From assembly GCA_965261395.1 (NCBI GenBank), contig OZ253462.1:3424001-3488000 (forward strand): a stretch of 64,000 nucleotides of DNA, written 5' to 3'. The stretch comes from Candidatus Latescibacterota bacterium (lineage in GTDB: Bacteria; Latescibacterota; UBA2968; UBA8231). The notes under the pieces were generated by a model. It searched no databases. It had not been told where the DNA came from and was given only the letters and a program-made list of their open reading frames with translations. Below, piece by piece: positions 9,331 to 18,469 of this stretch. The position numbers and the translations under genes were made by a program. Each line of letters begins with the position of its first letter. The first letter of the stretch is position 1.

Positions 9331-10385
9331 CTTACGATGTCGGTGTCCACACTGGGAGCAGTCTTGCGAGGTATAGGCCGGGTTGACGGCGACCAGCGTC
9401 CTACCAGCCTCTTCCGCTTTGTAGGACAGGCACTGCCGGAACTGCGACCATGCCGCATCGTGAATGGATTTGGAAAGACAGTGATTACGCACCATACCGT
9501 TAATAATCAGGTCTTCGACGGCGATCAGCCCGTAGTGGTTGACCAAACATCGGGCCAGTTGATGAGCAAAATCGTGCCGCCGAAAGCGTATGCGCTCATG
9601 CACTCTTGCTACCACCTTGCGAGCCTTAGCGCGGGCCGGTGTGCCCTTCTTCTGCTTGGAGAGCTTGCGCTGCGCCTTAGCCAGCACCTGCTCCTCTTGG
9701 CGAAAGAAGCGCGGGGGGGCTATCTGATCCCCATTCGACAGGGTGGCAAATTTCTCTAAGCCTACGTCAATGCCCACCGCTTCGTCGCTTTTCGGCAACG
9801 GCTGCGGCTCTACTTCGCAGACGATGGAGGCATACCACTTGCCCGTAGCCGACCGACGCACCGTGCATGTTTTGGATGTACCTTCCAGTGGACGATGTGC
9901 TTTGATACGAATGCGCCCGATTTTCCCCAAGCGCAACCCCCCCTCTTTGATCTCAAACCCATGTGCCTGCGGGTAGGTGAGGCTGTCGTAGCGACCCAAG
10001 CCCCTGAACCGGGGAAAGCCGGGCACACCGCCCACCTTGACCCTACGAAAGAATGCCTGAAACGCCAAATCAACGCGCACCGCCACGTTTTGTAGTACCT
10101 GGCTATACACCTGCGACAATGTAGGACGGTCTAACTTAAGAAACGAAAGGCGAGCTTGCTGGGCGTACAGGCTCAAGCTCTCGCCCCGATTTTGATAGGC
10201 TTGGATGCGATCTACTACAAAATGGTTGTAGAGCATTCGGCATTCCTCAAGGTGCGTCGCCAGTATTCCCGTCTGCTTGCGCGTGGGATACAATCTATAT
10301 TTGAATGCCTTACGCATACTTAATGGTATGCGCGTAAGACTTAACCCCGTCAAGAGGTTGTCAGGGCTAAAGCCAACCTTATATC
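9180..10385 (-). mobile_element. IS200/IS605-family (IS1341-type, TnpB-only) element
   Basis: Right end on - strand gaagcccaagccttgaggcttgggagtagTCAC (hairpin + TCAC terminus at 9180); left-end hairpin aggttg-gctttagccctga-caacct near 10354-10380; no tnpA; left boundary approximate. Confidence 0.85.
9184..10317 (-). CDS. tnpB: RNA-guided endonuclease TnpB
   Basis: MRKAFKYRLYPT N-terminus; RuvC-I GIDVG, RuvC-II AVEDL, zinc finger CSQC..CPCC, RuvC-III DRDENAARNI; all catalytic residues present. Confidence 0.95.
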   Translation of the reverse strand: MRKAFKYRLYPTRKQTGILATHLEECRMLYNHFVVDRIQAYQNRGESLSLYAQQARLSFLKLDRPTLSQVYSQVLQNVAVRVDLAFQAFFRRVKVGGVPGFPRFRGLGRYDSLTYPQAHGFEIKEGGLRLGKIGRIRIKAHRPLEGTSKTCTVRRSATGKWYASIVCEVEPQPLPKSDEAVGIDVGLEKFATLSNGDQIAPPRFFRQEEQVLAKAQRKLSKQKKGTPARAKARKVVARVHERIRFRRHDFAHQLARCLVNHYGLIAVEDLIINGMVRNHCLSKSIHDAAWSQFRQCLSYKAEEAGRTLVAVNPAYTSQDCSQCGHRHRKALSERVHVCPCCGVVLDRDENAARNILRLGLQSQVDEPPRSPSLEAWE

Positions 10386-10641
10386 TCAATCCTGCTTCGC
10401 CGTGCCTCTAGGCGGGCTTTACGGCCTAAAGGCCGATAGGTGAAAAAGGTGCCTAGGATATCAAGCATTGCTTGAGAAGCCATCTTAAAATTCCAGGGGT
10501 GCCTGCATGTCGTCCGATGAACTCGGTACCCCGATAGATTGCCTGCTACAGCCCGTATAGCGTGTTGGAAAGGCGGCTGGCCATCACCTATATTAGTGCC
10601 CTTTAATCCATTCAGACCACGCTGGCTGAAAGACCTACACC

Positions 10642-13600
10642 ATGGCCGAATTGACCCCTGAGACCAGCCACAACCCGGCTGTCCTGCGCCACCTCCTCGA
10701 TAACTGGCGACAACAGGCCGCCACGGCTGGGTACCGCCGCGAGCGCGACAAAGGAACCACATTCGAGCGGCTTTGCATCGCCTACCTACAGCACGACCCG
10801 ATCCAAGCTCGGCAATACGAGCGGCCCATGTCCTATTCGGATTGGGCCCAAGCACCGGAGCGGCGCGACGACCGAGTGGCCGAGCCCCTGGGATTCTACG
10901 CCGAGCCGGAGCGGTCGGCGCAAGACCTCGGTATCGACTTGGTCGCCAAGCTGCGAGACGAGGAGGGTTGGTGTGCCATTCAGTGCAAATTCCATGCAAC
11001 GGGCAGCCGCATCGCCAAGGCAGATATCGATTCGTTTTTGGCCGCTTCGGGTCATAAGGATTTCCGGCAGCGGCTGATCATCGACACGACCGGCCGTGAG
11101 TGGAACTCCCAAACGGAGGAGATGCTGCGGAAACAAGCAGTACCGGTTCGGCGGATCGGCCTGCAAGAATTACAGGCCAGCCCAATCCGTTGGCAGGACT
11201 TTGCGACCAGCAGCGAAATCCACCTCGCCGCCAAACGCACACTCTTTCCACATCAGCGCAAGGCGATGGAAGCAGTCACCGGCGGATTAGCGAACCTAGG
11301 CAGTCGCGGCAAAATGATCATGGCCTGCGGCACCGGCAAAACACTGACATCCCTCCGCATCGCCGAACAGCTCGCCGGTACCGGAGGGCGGGTTCTTTAT
11401 CTTGTGCCCAGTCTGGCGCTGATGGCGCAGACGGTGCGCGAATGGGCGCAAGACGCCAAAATTCCGCTGCGATCGTTCGCGGTGTGCTCCGACTCACAAG
11501 TTGGCAAGCGCCGGCGTCGCAGTGACGACCTCATCGACATGGACGCGCTGGATTTGGCGTTTCCGGCCAATACAGATGCGGTCCGTCTCGCCACCGTCGC
11601 GGCCCCGTCCGCGCCGGACGACCTGACCGTCGTCTTTGCCACTTACCAATCCAGCTTGGTAATCGAGGAGGCGCAGAAGGTACACGGGCTGCCCGACTTC
11701 GACCTCGTGATCTGCGACGAGGCGCACCGCACCGCCGGGGCGCTGATCGAGGGCGAAGACCCGTCGCATTTCGTCCGCATCCACAGCGACGAGCACATCC
11801 GCTGCGATCGGCGGCTCTACATGACCGCGACACAAAAGATCTATGCCGCCAGCGCACGGACCCGAGCCGGTAAATTGGCGGCGGCCCTCTGCTCAATGGA
11901 GGATGAACCCATCTACGGGCCGTTGCTCTACGAACTTACCTTCGGCGCGGCCGTGGAGCAGAGCCTGCTAGCAGATTACAAAGTGATCGTTCTGACGGTT
12001 CCGGAGGGTGCCGCGGCCCAAGCCATTCAGCGCAGTCTTGCCGAGGACGGCGAATTGAAACTCGACGACGGGGCCAAACTGCTTGGCTGCTGGCGGGCCT
12101 TGGCCAAGGTGGATGACGACCAATTTCCGGAAAACGACCGCGAAGGTATGCGCCGCGCCATCGCCTTTTGCCGCGACATCAACTCCTCCCAGCAAGTGGA
12201 GCGGCTCTTTGCCCAAGTCGCCGAGGAATACCGTGAGCATGAAGGGGCGGGCCTAACGGAATACCCGGTTTCGGCTCAGCATGTCGATGGCACCTTCAAC
12301 GCCACAAAGCGTTCGGCGGCACTGCATTGGTTGGAGGAGGCCGACCGCGGCTGCCGAGTGCTCACCAACGCCCGCTGCCTTTCCGAAGGGGTAGATGTAC
12401 CGTCATTGGACGCCATCCTCTTCATGCACCCACGCAAGAGTCAAATCGATGTGGTGCAGGCGGTGGGGCGGGTCATGCGCAAAGCCCCGGGCAAGCAGAT
12501 AGGCTATGTCGTACTGCCAGTGGTCATTCCGTCGGGCATTCAGCCGGAAGCCGCGCTCAACGACAACAAGGCTTTCGAGGTCGTCTGGCAGACGCTGAAT
12601 GCGATCCGTAGTCACGATGAGCGGTTTGAGGGGATGATAAACCGGATTAAACTGGGCGAACCGGGCGACCGCATTGGCCTTATCACCATAGCGGACTGGG
12701 AGCCGGCTGCGGCTCGGACCGGAGACGGGCCAGGCATTGGAAAAAGGGGGGCGAGGGACCCGGACACCACGCGCACCCAGCCGGAGGATTCCCAGCCGAC
12801 CTTGTTCGACGGACTGCCAGAGGCGATTAGGGCGAAAATCGTCGAGAAGTGCGGCGACCGGAAGTACTGGGACGAATGGGCCGGCGATGTCGCGGATATT
12901 GCCCGTCGGCATATCGAGCGCATCACGGCCCTCGTCGAATCCGGCGACGCCGAGCGGGAGATTTTCCAAGAGTTCGTCACCGAGTTGCGCGACGATCTAA
13001 ACGAGGGCATAACCGATGCCGACGCTATTGAAATGCTGGCGCAGCATTCGGTGACCGGGCCGGTGTTCGACGCGTTGTTCGGCGAGACGGAGTTCGTTTC
13101 GCGCAATCCGGTTAGCCAAGGCATCCAAACTGTGTTGGATGTGCTCAGGCCGGCGAACATCGACGCGGAAGCGGCTAGTCTCGACGAGTTTTACGACAGC
13201 GTCCGGCGGCGGGTGGAAGGAGCGGCTACCGACGAGGCCAAGCAAAAAATCGTCGTCGAGCTATACGACAAATTCTTCCGCAACGCCTTCCCCAACATGA
13301 CGCAGCGGCTGGGGATCGTTTATACGCCCGTGGAGATCGTTGATTTCATCATCCGCTCGGTGAACGATGTCTTGGAGGACGAATTCGGCACGACGTTGGG
13401 TTCCGAGGGCGTACATATTCTCGATCCATTCACCGGCACCGGCACGTTTATTACGCGACTGTTGCAGTCGGGCTTGATTGCACCGGAGGATTTGTCGCGC
13501 AAGTACGCTAATGAGATTCACGCTAATGAGATCGTCTTGCTGGCCTATTACATCGCGGCGGTGAATATCGAAACCGCCTATCACGAGATTGCCGGCGGGG

Positions 13601-15588
13601 ACTACAAACCGTTTGAAGGCATTTGCTTGACGGACACCTTTGAAATGCAGGAAGGCGACGATTTGCTGGCGCAGATTATGCCGGATAATTCTGGGCGGCG
13701 GACGCGACAGAAAGAGACGGATATCCGCGTGATTTTTGGGAATCCGCCGTGGTCGGCAAAACAGGAGAGTGCTAACGACAATGCGGCGAACCAAGAATAT
13801 CTGGGCTTGGATGGGCGCATTCGCGACAGTTACGCAAGACACTCTAGCGCCACCAATCTCAACATTCTTTATGACAGCTATATCCGCGCCGTCCGCTGGG
13901 CGAGCGACCGGATCGGCACAAGCGGCGTAATCGGATTTGTGACCAATGCGGGCTGGATTGATGGCAATGCGATGGACGGGATGCGGAAGTGTCTGGCCGA
14001 GGAATTCTCAAGCCTTTATGTGTTCCACCTGCGGGGGAATGCACGTACTCAAGGGGAACAGCGTCGTAAGGAAAAGGACAATGTATTCGGCTCAGGCTCC
14101 CGTGCGCCGGTCGCCATCACCATCTTCGTTAAAAATCCCGAGGCGACGGAGCACGGGCGCATCCTGTTCCGCGACATCGGCGATTATCTAGACCGCGAAG
14201 CAAAACTCGAAGCAGTCCAGCAATTCGGTAGCATTCGCGGTATAAAAGTAAAGGAGGCCGATAGCTGGACTCGAATAACGCCGGACACGAAGCATGACTG
14301 GTTAGATCAGCGAGATCCAAAATTCGACCAGTTCCCGATGATTGGCAGCAAAGATAAAGCGCAGTTAGCAGAAATACGGCTGTTTGGAAATTACTCATGC
14401 GGCGTTAAGACTAACCGGGACACTTGGTGCTATAACTCCTCACAGGACGTACTCGAAGCAAACATCCGGTCAATGATCGGCTTTTACAATTCAGAGGTAG
14501 AGCGGTTCCGGCAGGAGCGCCCCGGCACATCGCAGGAATCCATCAACGACTTCGTCAACAACGACTCGAAGAGGATTAGCTGGTCGGGAAAACTTAAGGC
14601 TGATCTCGGCTGGGAAAAACCTCTCGATTTCGAAGAGGGGTGGATCACGCCATCCATCTACCGGCCATTCACGCGACAATGCCTGTATTTTAGCCAGCGT
14701 CTAAATGAACGGGTTTACCAAATGCCGCAAATCTTCCCACATGCCGACGCGGGAAATCGCCTGATCTGCGTGCCGGGCGTAGGTGCGCGGTCCTTTTCGG
14801 TGCTAATGGTCGAGGAAATTCCCGATTTAAACATACTGGAAGCAGGAGCCCAATGCTTCCCCCTCCACTTATACAAAAAGCCCGACAGCGATGACGGTCT
14901 ATTCGGTCAGCAACCTGACGCAACCGACGCCCACGGCTATACCCGCCGAGACGCCATCACCGACGATGCGTTAGCCAAATTCCGCACCGCTTACGGTAAC
15001 ACTGTCTCCAAGCACGACATCTTCCACTACATCTACGGTCTGCTCCACGTCCCAGCATACCGCCAGCGATTCGCCAACAATCTCTCCAAAGAGCTGCCGC
15101 GTATCCCGCTCGCCGCTGACCCCGACCATTTCACTGCCCTCGTCGCTGCCGGGCACGAGTTAGGCGATCTACACGTCGGCTTCGACCGTGTTGATCCGTG
15201 GCCGCTCGAATTCGCCAACGGCAGTTGGGACGCGCCGGCCGGTACCGATCCGGCAACCTACTTCCGCGTCCAAAAGATGAAACTCGGCGGCACCCAGAAG
15301 GAACCCGACCGCACGACTCTCATCTACAACAGCAACATTACCGTTACCGGCATCCCAGACGCCGCTTGGGACTACGAAGTCAACGGCAAACCCGCCCTCA
15401 AATGGGTCATGGAGCGACAGGCCGTATCCACCCACAGAGACAGCGGCATCGTCAACGACGCCAACCACTACGCCACCGAAACCATCGGCGACCCATCCTA
15501 TCCGCTAAAACTCCTCGCCTGCGTCATCCGCGTCAGCATGGAAACCAACCGCATAGTCGAAGGACTGCCGGAGCTGGTGTGGATGTGA
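10642..15588 (+). CDS. Type ISP (LlaGI/LlaBIII-like) single-polypeptide restriction-modification enzyme
   Basis: Mrr-type nuclease (KGTTFERL..GIDLVA..AIQCKF), SF2 helicase (MACGTGKT, DEAH, ARCLSEGVDVP, QAVGRVMR), N6-MTase (LDPFTGTGTF, GNPPW), C-terminal ISP domain (YRPF, ELPRIP, WDYEVNGKPALKWVMER). Confidence 0.95.
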   Translation: MAELTPETSHNPAVLRHLLDNWRQQAATAGYRRERDKGTTFERLCIAYLQHDPIQARQYERPMSYSDWAQAPERRDDRVAEPLGFYAEPERSAQDLGIDLVAKLRDEEGWCAIQCKFHATGSRIAKADIDSFLAASGHKDFRQRLIIDTTGREWNSQTEEMLRKQAVPVRRIGLQELQASPIRWQDFATSSEIHLAAKRTLFPHQRKAMEAVTGGLANLGSRGKMIMACGTGKTLTSLRIAEQLAGTGGRVLYLVPSLALMAQTVREWAQDAKIPLRSFAVCSDSQVGKRRRRSDDLIDMDALDLAFPANTDAVRLATVAAPSAPDDLTVVFATYQSSLVIEEAQKVHGLPDFDLVICDEAHRTAGALIEGEDPSHFVRIHSDEHIRCDRRLYMTATQKIYAASARTRAGKLAAALCSMEDEPIYGPLLYELTFGAAVEQSLLADYKVIVLTVPEGAAAQAIQRSLAEDGELKLDDGAKLLGCWRALAKVDDDQFPENDREGMRRAIAFCRDINSSQQVERLFAQVAEEYREHEGAGLTEYPVSAQHVDGTFNATKRSAALHWLEEADRGCRVLTNARCLSEGVDVPSLDAILFMHPRKSQIDVVQAVGRVMRKAPGKQIGYVVLPVVIPSGIQPEAALNDNKAFEVVWQTLNAIRSHDERFEGMINRIKLGEPGDRIGLITIADWEPAAARTGDGPGIGKRGARDPDTTRTQPEDSQPTLFDGLPEAIRAKIVEKCGDRKYWDEWAGDVADIARRHIERITALVESGDAEREIFQEFVTELRDDLNEGITDADAIEMLAQHSVTGPVFDALFGETEFVSRNPVSQGIQTVLDVLRPANIDAEAASLDEFYDSVRRRVEGAATDEAKQKIVVELYDKFFRNAFPNMTQRLGIVYTPVEIVDFIIRSVNDVLEDEFGTTLGSEGVHILDPFTGTGTFITRLLQSGLIAPEDLSRKYANEIHANEIVLLAYYIAAVNIETAYHEIAGGDYKPFEGICLTDTFEMQEGDDLLAQIMPDNSGRRTRQKETDIRVIFGNPPWSAKQESANDNAANQEYLGLDGRIRDSYARHSSATNLNILYDSYIRAVRWASDRIGTSGVIGFVTNAGWIDGNAMDGMRKCLAEEFSSLYVFHLRGNARTQGEQRRKEKDNVFGSGSRAPVAITIFVKNPEATEHGRILFRDIGDYLDREAKLEAVQQFGSIRGIKVKEADSWTRITPDTKHDWLDQRDPKFDQFPMIGSKDKAQLAEIRLFGNYSCGVKTNRDTWCYNSSQDVLEANIRSMIGFYNSEVERFRQERPGTSQESINDFVNNDSKRISWSGKLKADLGWEKPLDFEEGWITPSIYRPFTRQCLYFSQRLNERVYQMPQIFPHADAGNRLICVPGVGARSFSVLMVEEIPDLNILEAGAQCFPLHLYKKPDSDDGLFGQQPDATDAHGYTRRDAITDDALAKFRTAYGNTVSKHDIFHYIYGLLHVPAYRQRFANNLSKELPRIPLAADPDHFTALVAAGHELGDLHVGFDRVDPWPLEFANGSWDAPAGTDPATYFRVQKMKLGGTQKEPDRTTLIYNSNITVTGIPDAAWDYEVNGKPALKWVMERQAVSTHRDSGIVNDANHYATETIGDPSYPLKLLACVIRVSMETNRIVEGLPELVWM

Positions 15589-15638
15589 GGGGCGTTTTTA
15601 AAACTAGGGTTTTGGCCTCTTACTCGGCTCAAAACGTC

Positions 15639-15662
15639 TGGGATCGCGGGCGTCTCGCCCTC
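15639..15662. repeat. REP-like palindromic element
   Basis: tgggatcgcgggcgtctcgccctc with gggcg-tct-cgccc hairpin, resembling GGGAGCGCGGGCGTCTCGCCCGC-type REPs; single copy in the window. Confidence 0.4.
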
Positions 15663-15736
15663 GGAAAGCGCCGGACGCCGAGGCCATTAGCTAGCCTACA
15701 AAGCAGCCCAAGGGAGTTTTTGGGCTTGGCTATACT

Positions 15737-16642
15737 ATGAGCGGAGTACTGACGCAGTACCACAAGCATAAGGGGTTGTTGCTGCTGGTGGCACCGGGGC
15801 TGGCCTTTTTCCTCGTCTTCAATTACCTGCCCATGTTAGGGCTGGTGCTGGCCTTTAAGGAGTTTCGCCTGAGCGCCGGCATCTTAGGCAGCGAGTGGAG
15901 CGGGTTGGAGAATTTCTCTCGCCTCTTTGGCGGGGCAGATTTTCCCAATGCCCTGCGCAACACGGTAGTCATCAGCTTCTTGCGCTTGCTGTTTGGCTTT
16001 TTCGCGCCGATCGCGCTAGCGCTGATGCTCAACGAGATCCGCGTTTCCTGGTACAAGCGCACCGTGCAGACGGTGACCTATATCCCCTACTTCCTCTCGT
16101 GGGTCATCTTGGGCGGCATCTTCCTGATGATTTTCTCGCAGAGCGGGCCGGCCAATCAGATTGCCCAGCTCTTCGGCGTTTCCCCGATTGAGTTCCTCAC
16201 CGACGATTTTTGGTTTATCGCGGTGGTCATCGCCACCGGGATCTGGCAGGCAGCTGGCTACGGAGCGGTGATCTACTTGGCGGCACTGGCCGGGATTTCC
16301 CCCGATCTGTACGAGGCGGCCGTCGTCGATGGGGCCGGGCGCTGGAAGCAGACCTTGCACATCACGATCCCGGGGCTGGTGCCGACGATTATCACGCTTT
16401 TCATCCTCAATCTCGGCCACGTGCTCAACGCCGGCTTCGACCAGATTTACAACATGTACAATCCCATGGTGTACGACGCGGCCGACATTATCGACACCTA
16501 TGTCCTGCGGCGAATCGTGCTGATGGACTTTGGGCTGGCCACGGGTGCCGGGCTTTTCAAATCGGTGGTTGGCTTGTTGATGGTGGTGTTGGCTAACTCG
16601 CTGGCCCGGCGGCTCAGCGGAGGGGAGCAGGGAATATGGTAA
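15737..16642 (+). CDS. Polysaccharide/oligosaccharide ABC permease (LplB-type)
   Basis: FNYLPMLG...SEWSGLENF, PYFLSWVI, YLAALAGISPDLYEAAVVDGA, IIDTYV. Confidence 0.95.
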   Translation: MSGVLTQYHKHKGLLLLVAPGLAFFLVFNYLPMLGLVLAFKEFRLSAGILGSEWSGLENFSRLFGGADFPNALRNTVVISFLRLLFGFFAPIALALMLNEIRVSWYKRTVQTVTYIPYFLSWVILGGIFLMIFSQSGPANQIAQLFGVSPIEFLTDDFWFIAVVIATGIWQAAGYGAVIYLAALAGISPDLYEAAVVDGAGRWKQTLHITIPGLVPTIITLFILNLGHVLNAGFDQIYNMYNPMVYDAADIIDTYVLRRIVLMDFGLATGAGLFKSVVGLLMVVLANSLARRLSGGEQGIW

Positions 16643-17514
16643 GTCGCACGCGAGGCGAGAAGGTGTTCAACGTCTTTAACCTGACGGTGTTGGGCTTGGT
16701 CGGGCTGATGGCGCTCTATCCTTTTGTGTACACGATTTCGATGTCGTTGAGCAGCGCTGCCGAGGCTATGCGCGCCAGCCTGCACCTCTACCCACGGGAC
16801 GTTTCGCTGACCTCGTACCGCATGGTGCTGTCCAACCCCGAGATCGTCACGGGGTTCACCAACTCGATCCTGCGCACGGTGTTGGGCACGGCGCTGACCC
16901 TCTTTTTTACTTGTCTGACGGCCTATCCGCTGGCGCGACGCGAGATGCCGCACCGCAGTCCGCTGCTGTTCTTGGTGCTTTTCACCATGCTCTTTAGCGG
17001 CGGCATTGTGCCCAATTATCTGCTGGTCAAAAACCTCGGTCTGATCGACTCAATATGGGCGCTGGTGCTGCCACAGATGCTGACGGCGTTTAACATTATC
17101 GTGGTCAAGAATTTCTTTCAGGCTATTCCCGAAAGCTTGGCCGAGTCGGCCAAGATCGACGGGGCCAGCGAGTTTAATATCCTCTTTAGGATCTACGTGC
17201 CTCTTTCCAAGCCAGTGCTGGCGACGATTGGGCTATGGACGGCGGTGGCGCACTGGAACCACTGGTTCGACGCCATGCTCTATATCGCGTCGGACGAGAA
17301 TCAGGTGTTGCAGACCTTTTTACAGCGGATCGTCATCGAGAACAGCGTCGAGCTGATCGAGCAGGGGCTGGTCGATCCGAACATCACCGAGTTCACGCCC
17401 GAGACGATCAAGGCAGCGACCGTGGTCGTTACCATCCTGCCGATGCTTTTGGTCTATCCGTTCGTGCAGAAGTACTTCGTGCGCGGGATCATGCTGGGCA
17501 GCGTCAAGGAGTAA
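16636..17514 (+). CDS. Carbohydrate ABC permease (LplC/YtcP-type)
   Basis: FTMLFSGGIVPNYLLV, IPESLAESAKIDGA, WNHWFDAMLY, YPFVQKYFVRG. Confidence 0.95.
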   Translation: MVSRTRGEKVFNVFNLTVLGLVGLMALYPFVYTISMSLSSAAEAMRASLHLYPRDVSLTSYRMVLSNPEIVTGFTNSILRTVLGTALTLFFTCLTAYPLARREMPHRSPLLFLVLFTMLFSGGIVPNYLLVKNLGLIDSIWALVLPQMLTAFNIIVVKNFFQAIPESLAESAKIDGASEFNILFRIYVPLSKPVLATIGLWTAVAHWNHWFDAMLYIASDENQVLQTFLQRIVIENSVELIEQGLVDPNITEFTPETIKAATVVVTILPMLLVYPFVQKYFVRGIMLGSVKE

Positions 17515-17527
17515 ACAAGCCCGGATC

Positions 17528-18355
17528 TCACATCTGAAAGCCGCCGGCCACCAACATCGATACGCCGGTGAGGTAATCGGCTTCTTCCGAGGCGAGAAAG
17601 GCCACGGTGCGGGCCACGTCCTCGGGCGTGCCAATGCGGCCCAAGGGCGTTTGCGCTTCGAGGTCGTGGACTAGGGCAGCCGTGGTGTCGGCGTCTGGTT
17701 CGTCGCGCTGGGCGAGGCCTGCGGCGATGTAGTGGGTGCGCTCGGTGAGGGTGTTGCCCGGGCAGACGGCGTTGACGTTGATCCGGTGGGGGGCGAGCTC
17801 GCCGGCGAGGGATTGGGTAAAGCCGATGATGGCGAATTTGGATGTGCAGTACGCGGCGTAGCGAGGTATCCCTTGGCGGCCGGCCGTAGAGGACATGTTG
17901 ATTATTTTGCCGCCGTCGCCGCGGTCGATCAGGTGTCGGGCTACAGCGCGCGAGCAGAGAAAGGTGCCCTTGACGTTGACGGTTTGCACTTGGTCCCAGG
18001 CGGCTTCGCTTAGATCGACGACTGGGACGCGATCTGGCCCGGGACGCGAGCCGGCGTTGTTGACCAGTAGGTCGATGCGGCCAAAGCGGGCCAGCGCGTC
18101 TTGCACCATGCCCTCGACTTGGGTGGCATCGGATACGTCGGCCTCCACTGCGAGGGCCTGCCGTCCGGCGGCTTCGACTTCGGCGACGAGGGCGGGCAGA
18201 CCGCCCCAGCCAGACGCGCTATAGGGCTGGGCGCGCAAGTCGTTGACCACGAGGTCGCAGCCTTCGCGCGCGAGGCGCTGGCAGATGGCGCGGCCAATGC
18301 CGTGCTCGCCGCCCGCGCCGGTGACGAGGGCAACTTTGCCGTTGAGATTGTACAT
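17528..18355 (-). CDS. SDR-family NAD(P)-dependent oxidoreductase
   Basis: LVTGAGGxxGIG, LLVNNAG, YxxxK (YCTSK), VNAVCPG. Confidence 0.95.
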   Translation of the reverse strand: MYNLNGKVALVTGAGGEHGIGRAICQRLAREGCDLVVNDLRAQPYSASGWGGLPALVAEVEAAGRQALAVEADVSDATQVEGMVQDALARFGRIDLLVNNAGSRPGPDRVPVVDLSEAAWDQVQTVNVKGTFLCSRAVARHLIDRGDGGKIINMSSTAGRQGIPRYAAYCTSKFAIIGFTQSLAGELAPHRINVNAVCPGNTLTERTHYIAAGLAQRDEPDADTTAALVHDLEAQTPLGRIGTPEDVARTVAFLASEEADYLTGVSMLVAGGFQM

Positions 18356-18469
18356 GAGGTTCTCCGCAGGATTAAAGAGTTGGGTGGCAGCATATATACC
18401 AGATCGGCCTCTTAGAATATGTCGATTACTTTAACTGTTCAAATTTTGACGCGCCGCAGTGGAAGACAA

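Noticed and set aside
9184-10317. TnpB as a nuclease-dead TldR-type regulator or a Cas12 effector
   Set aside because: All three RuvC acidic residues are intact, the IS ends are present, and there is no CRISPR array.
10379-10999. 206-aa minus-strand ORF as a TnpA partner
   Set aside because: No HUH/Y1 or serine-recombinase motifs; it overlaps the Type ISP gene antisense.
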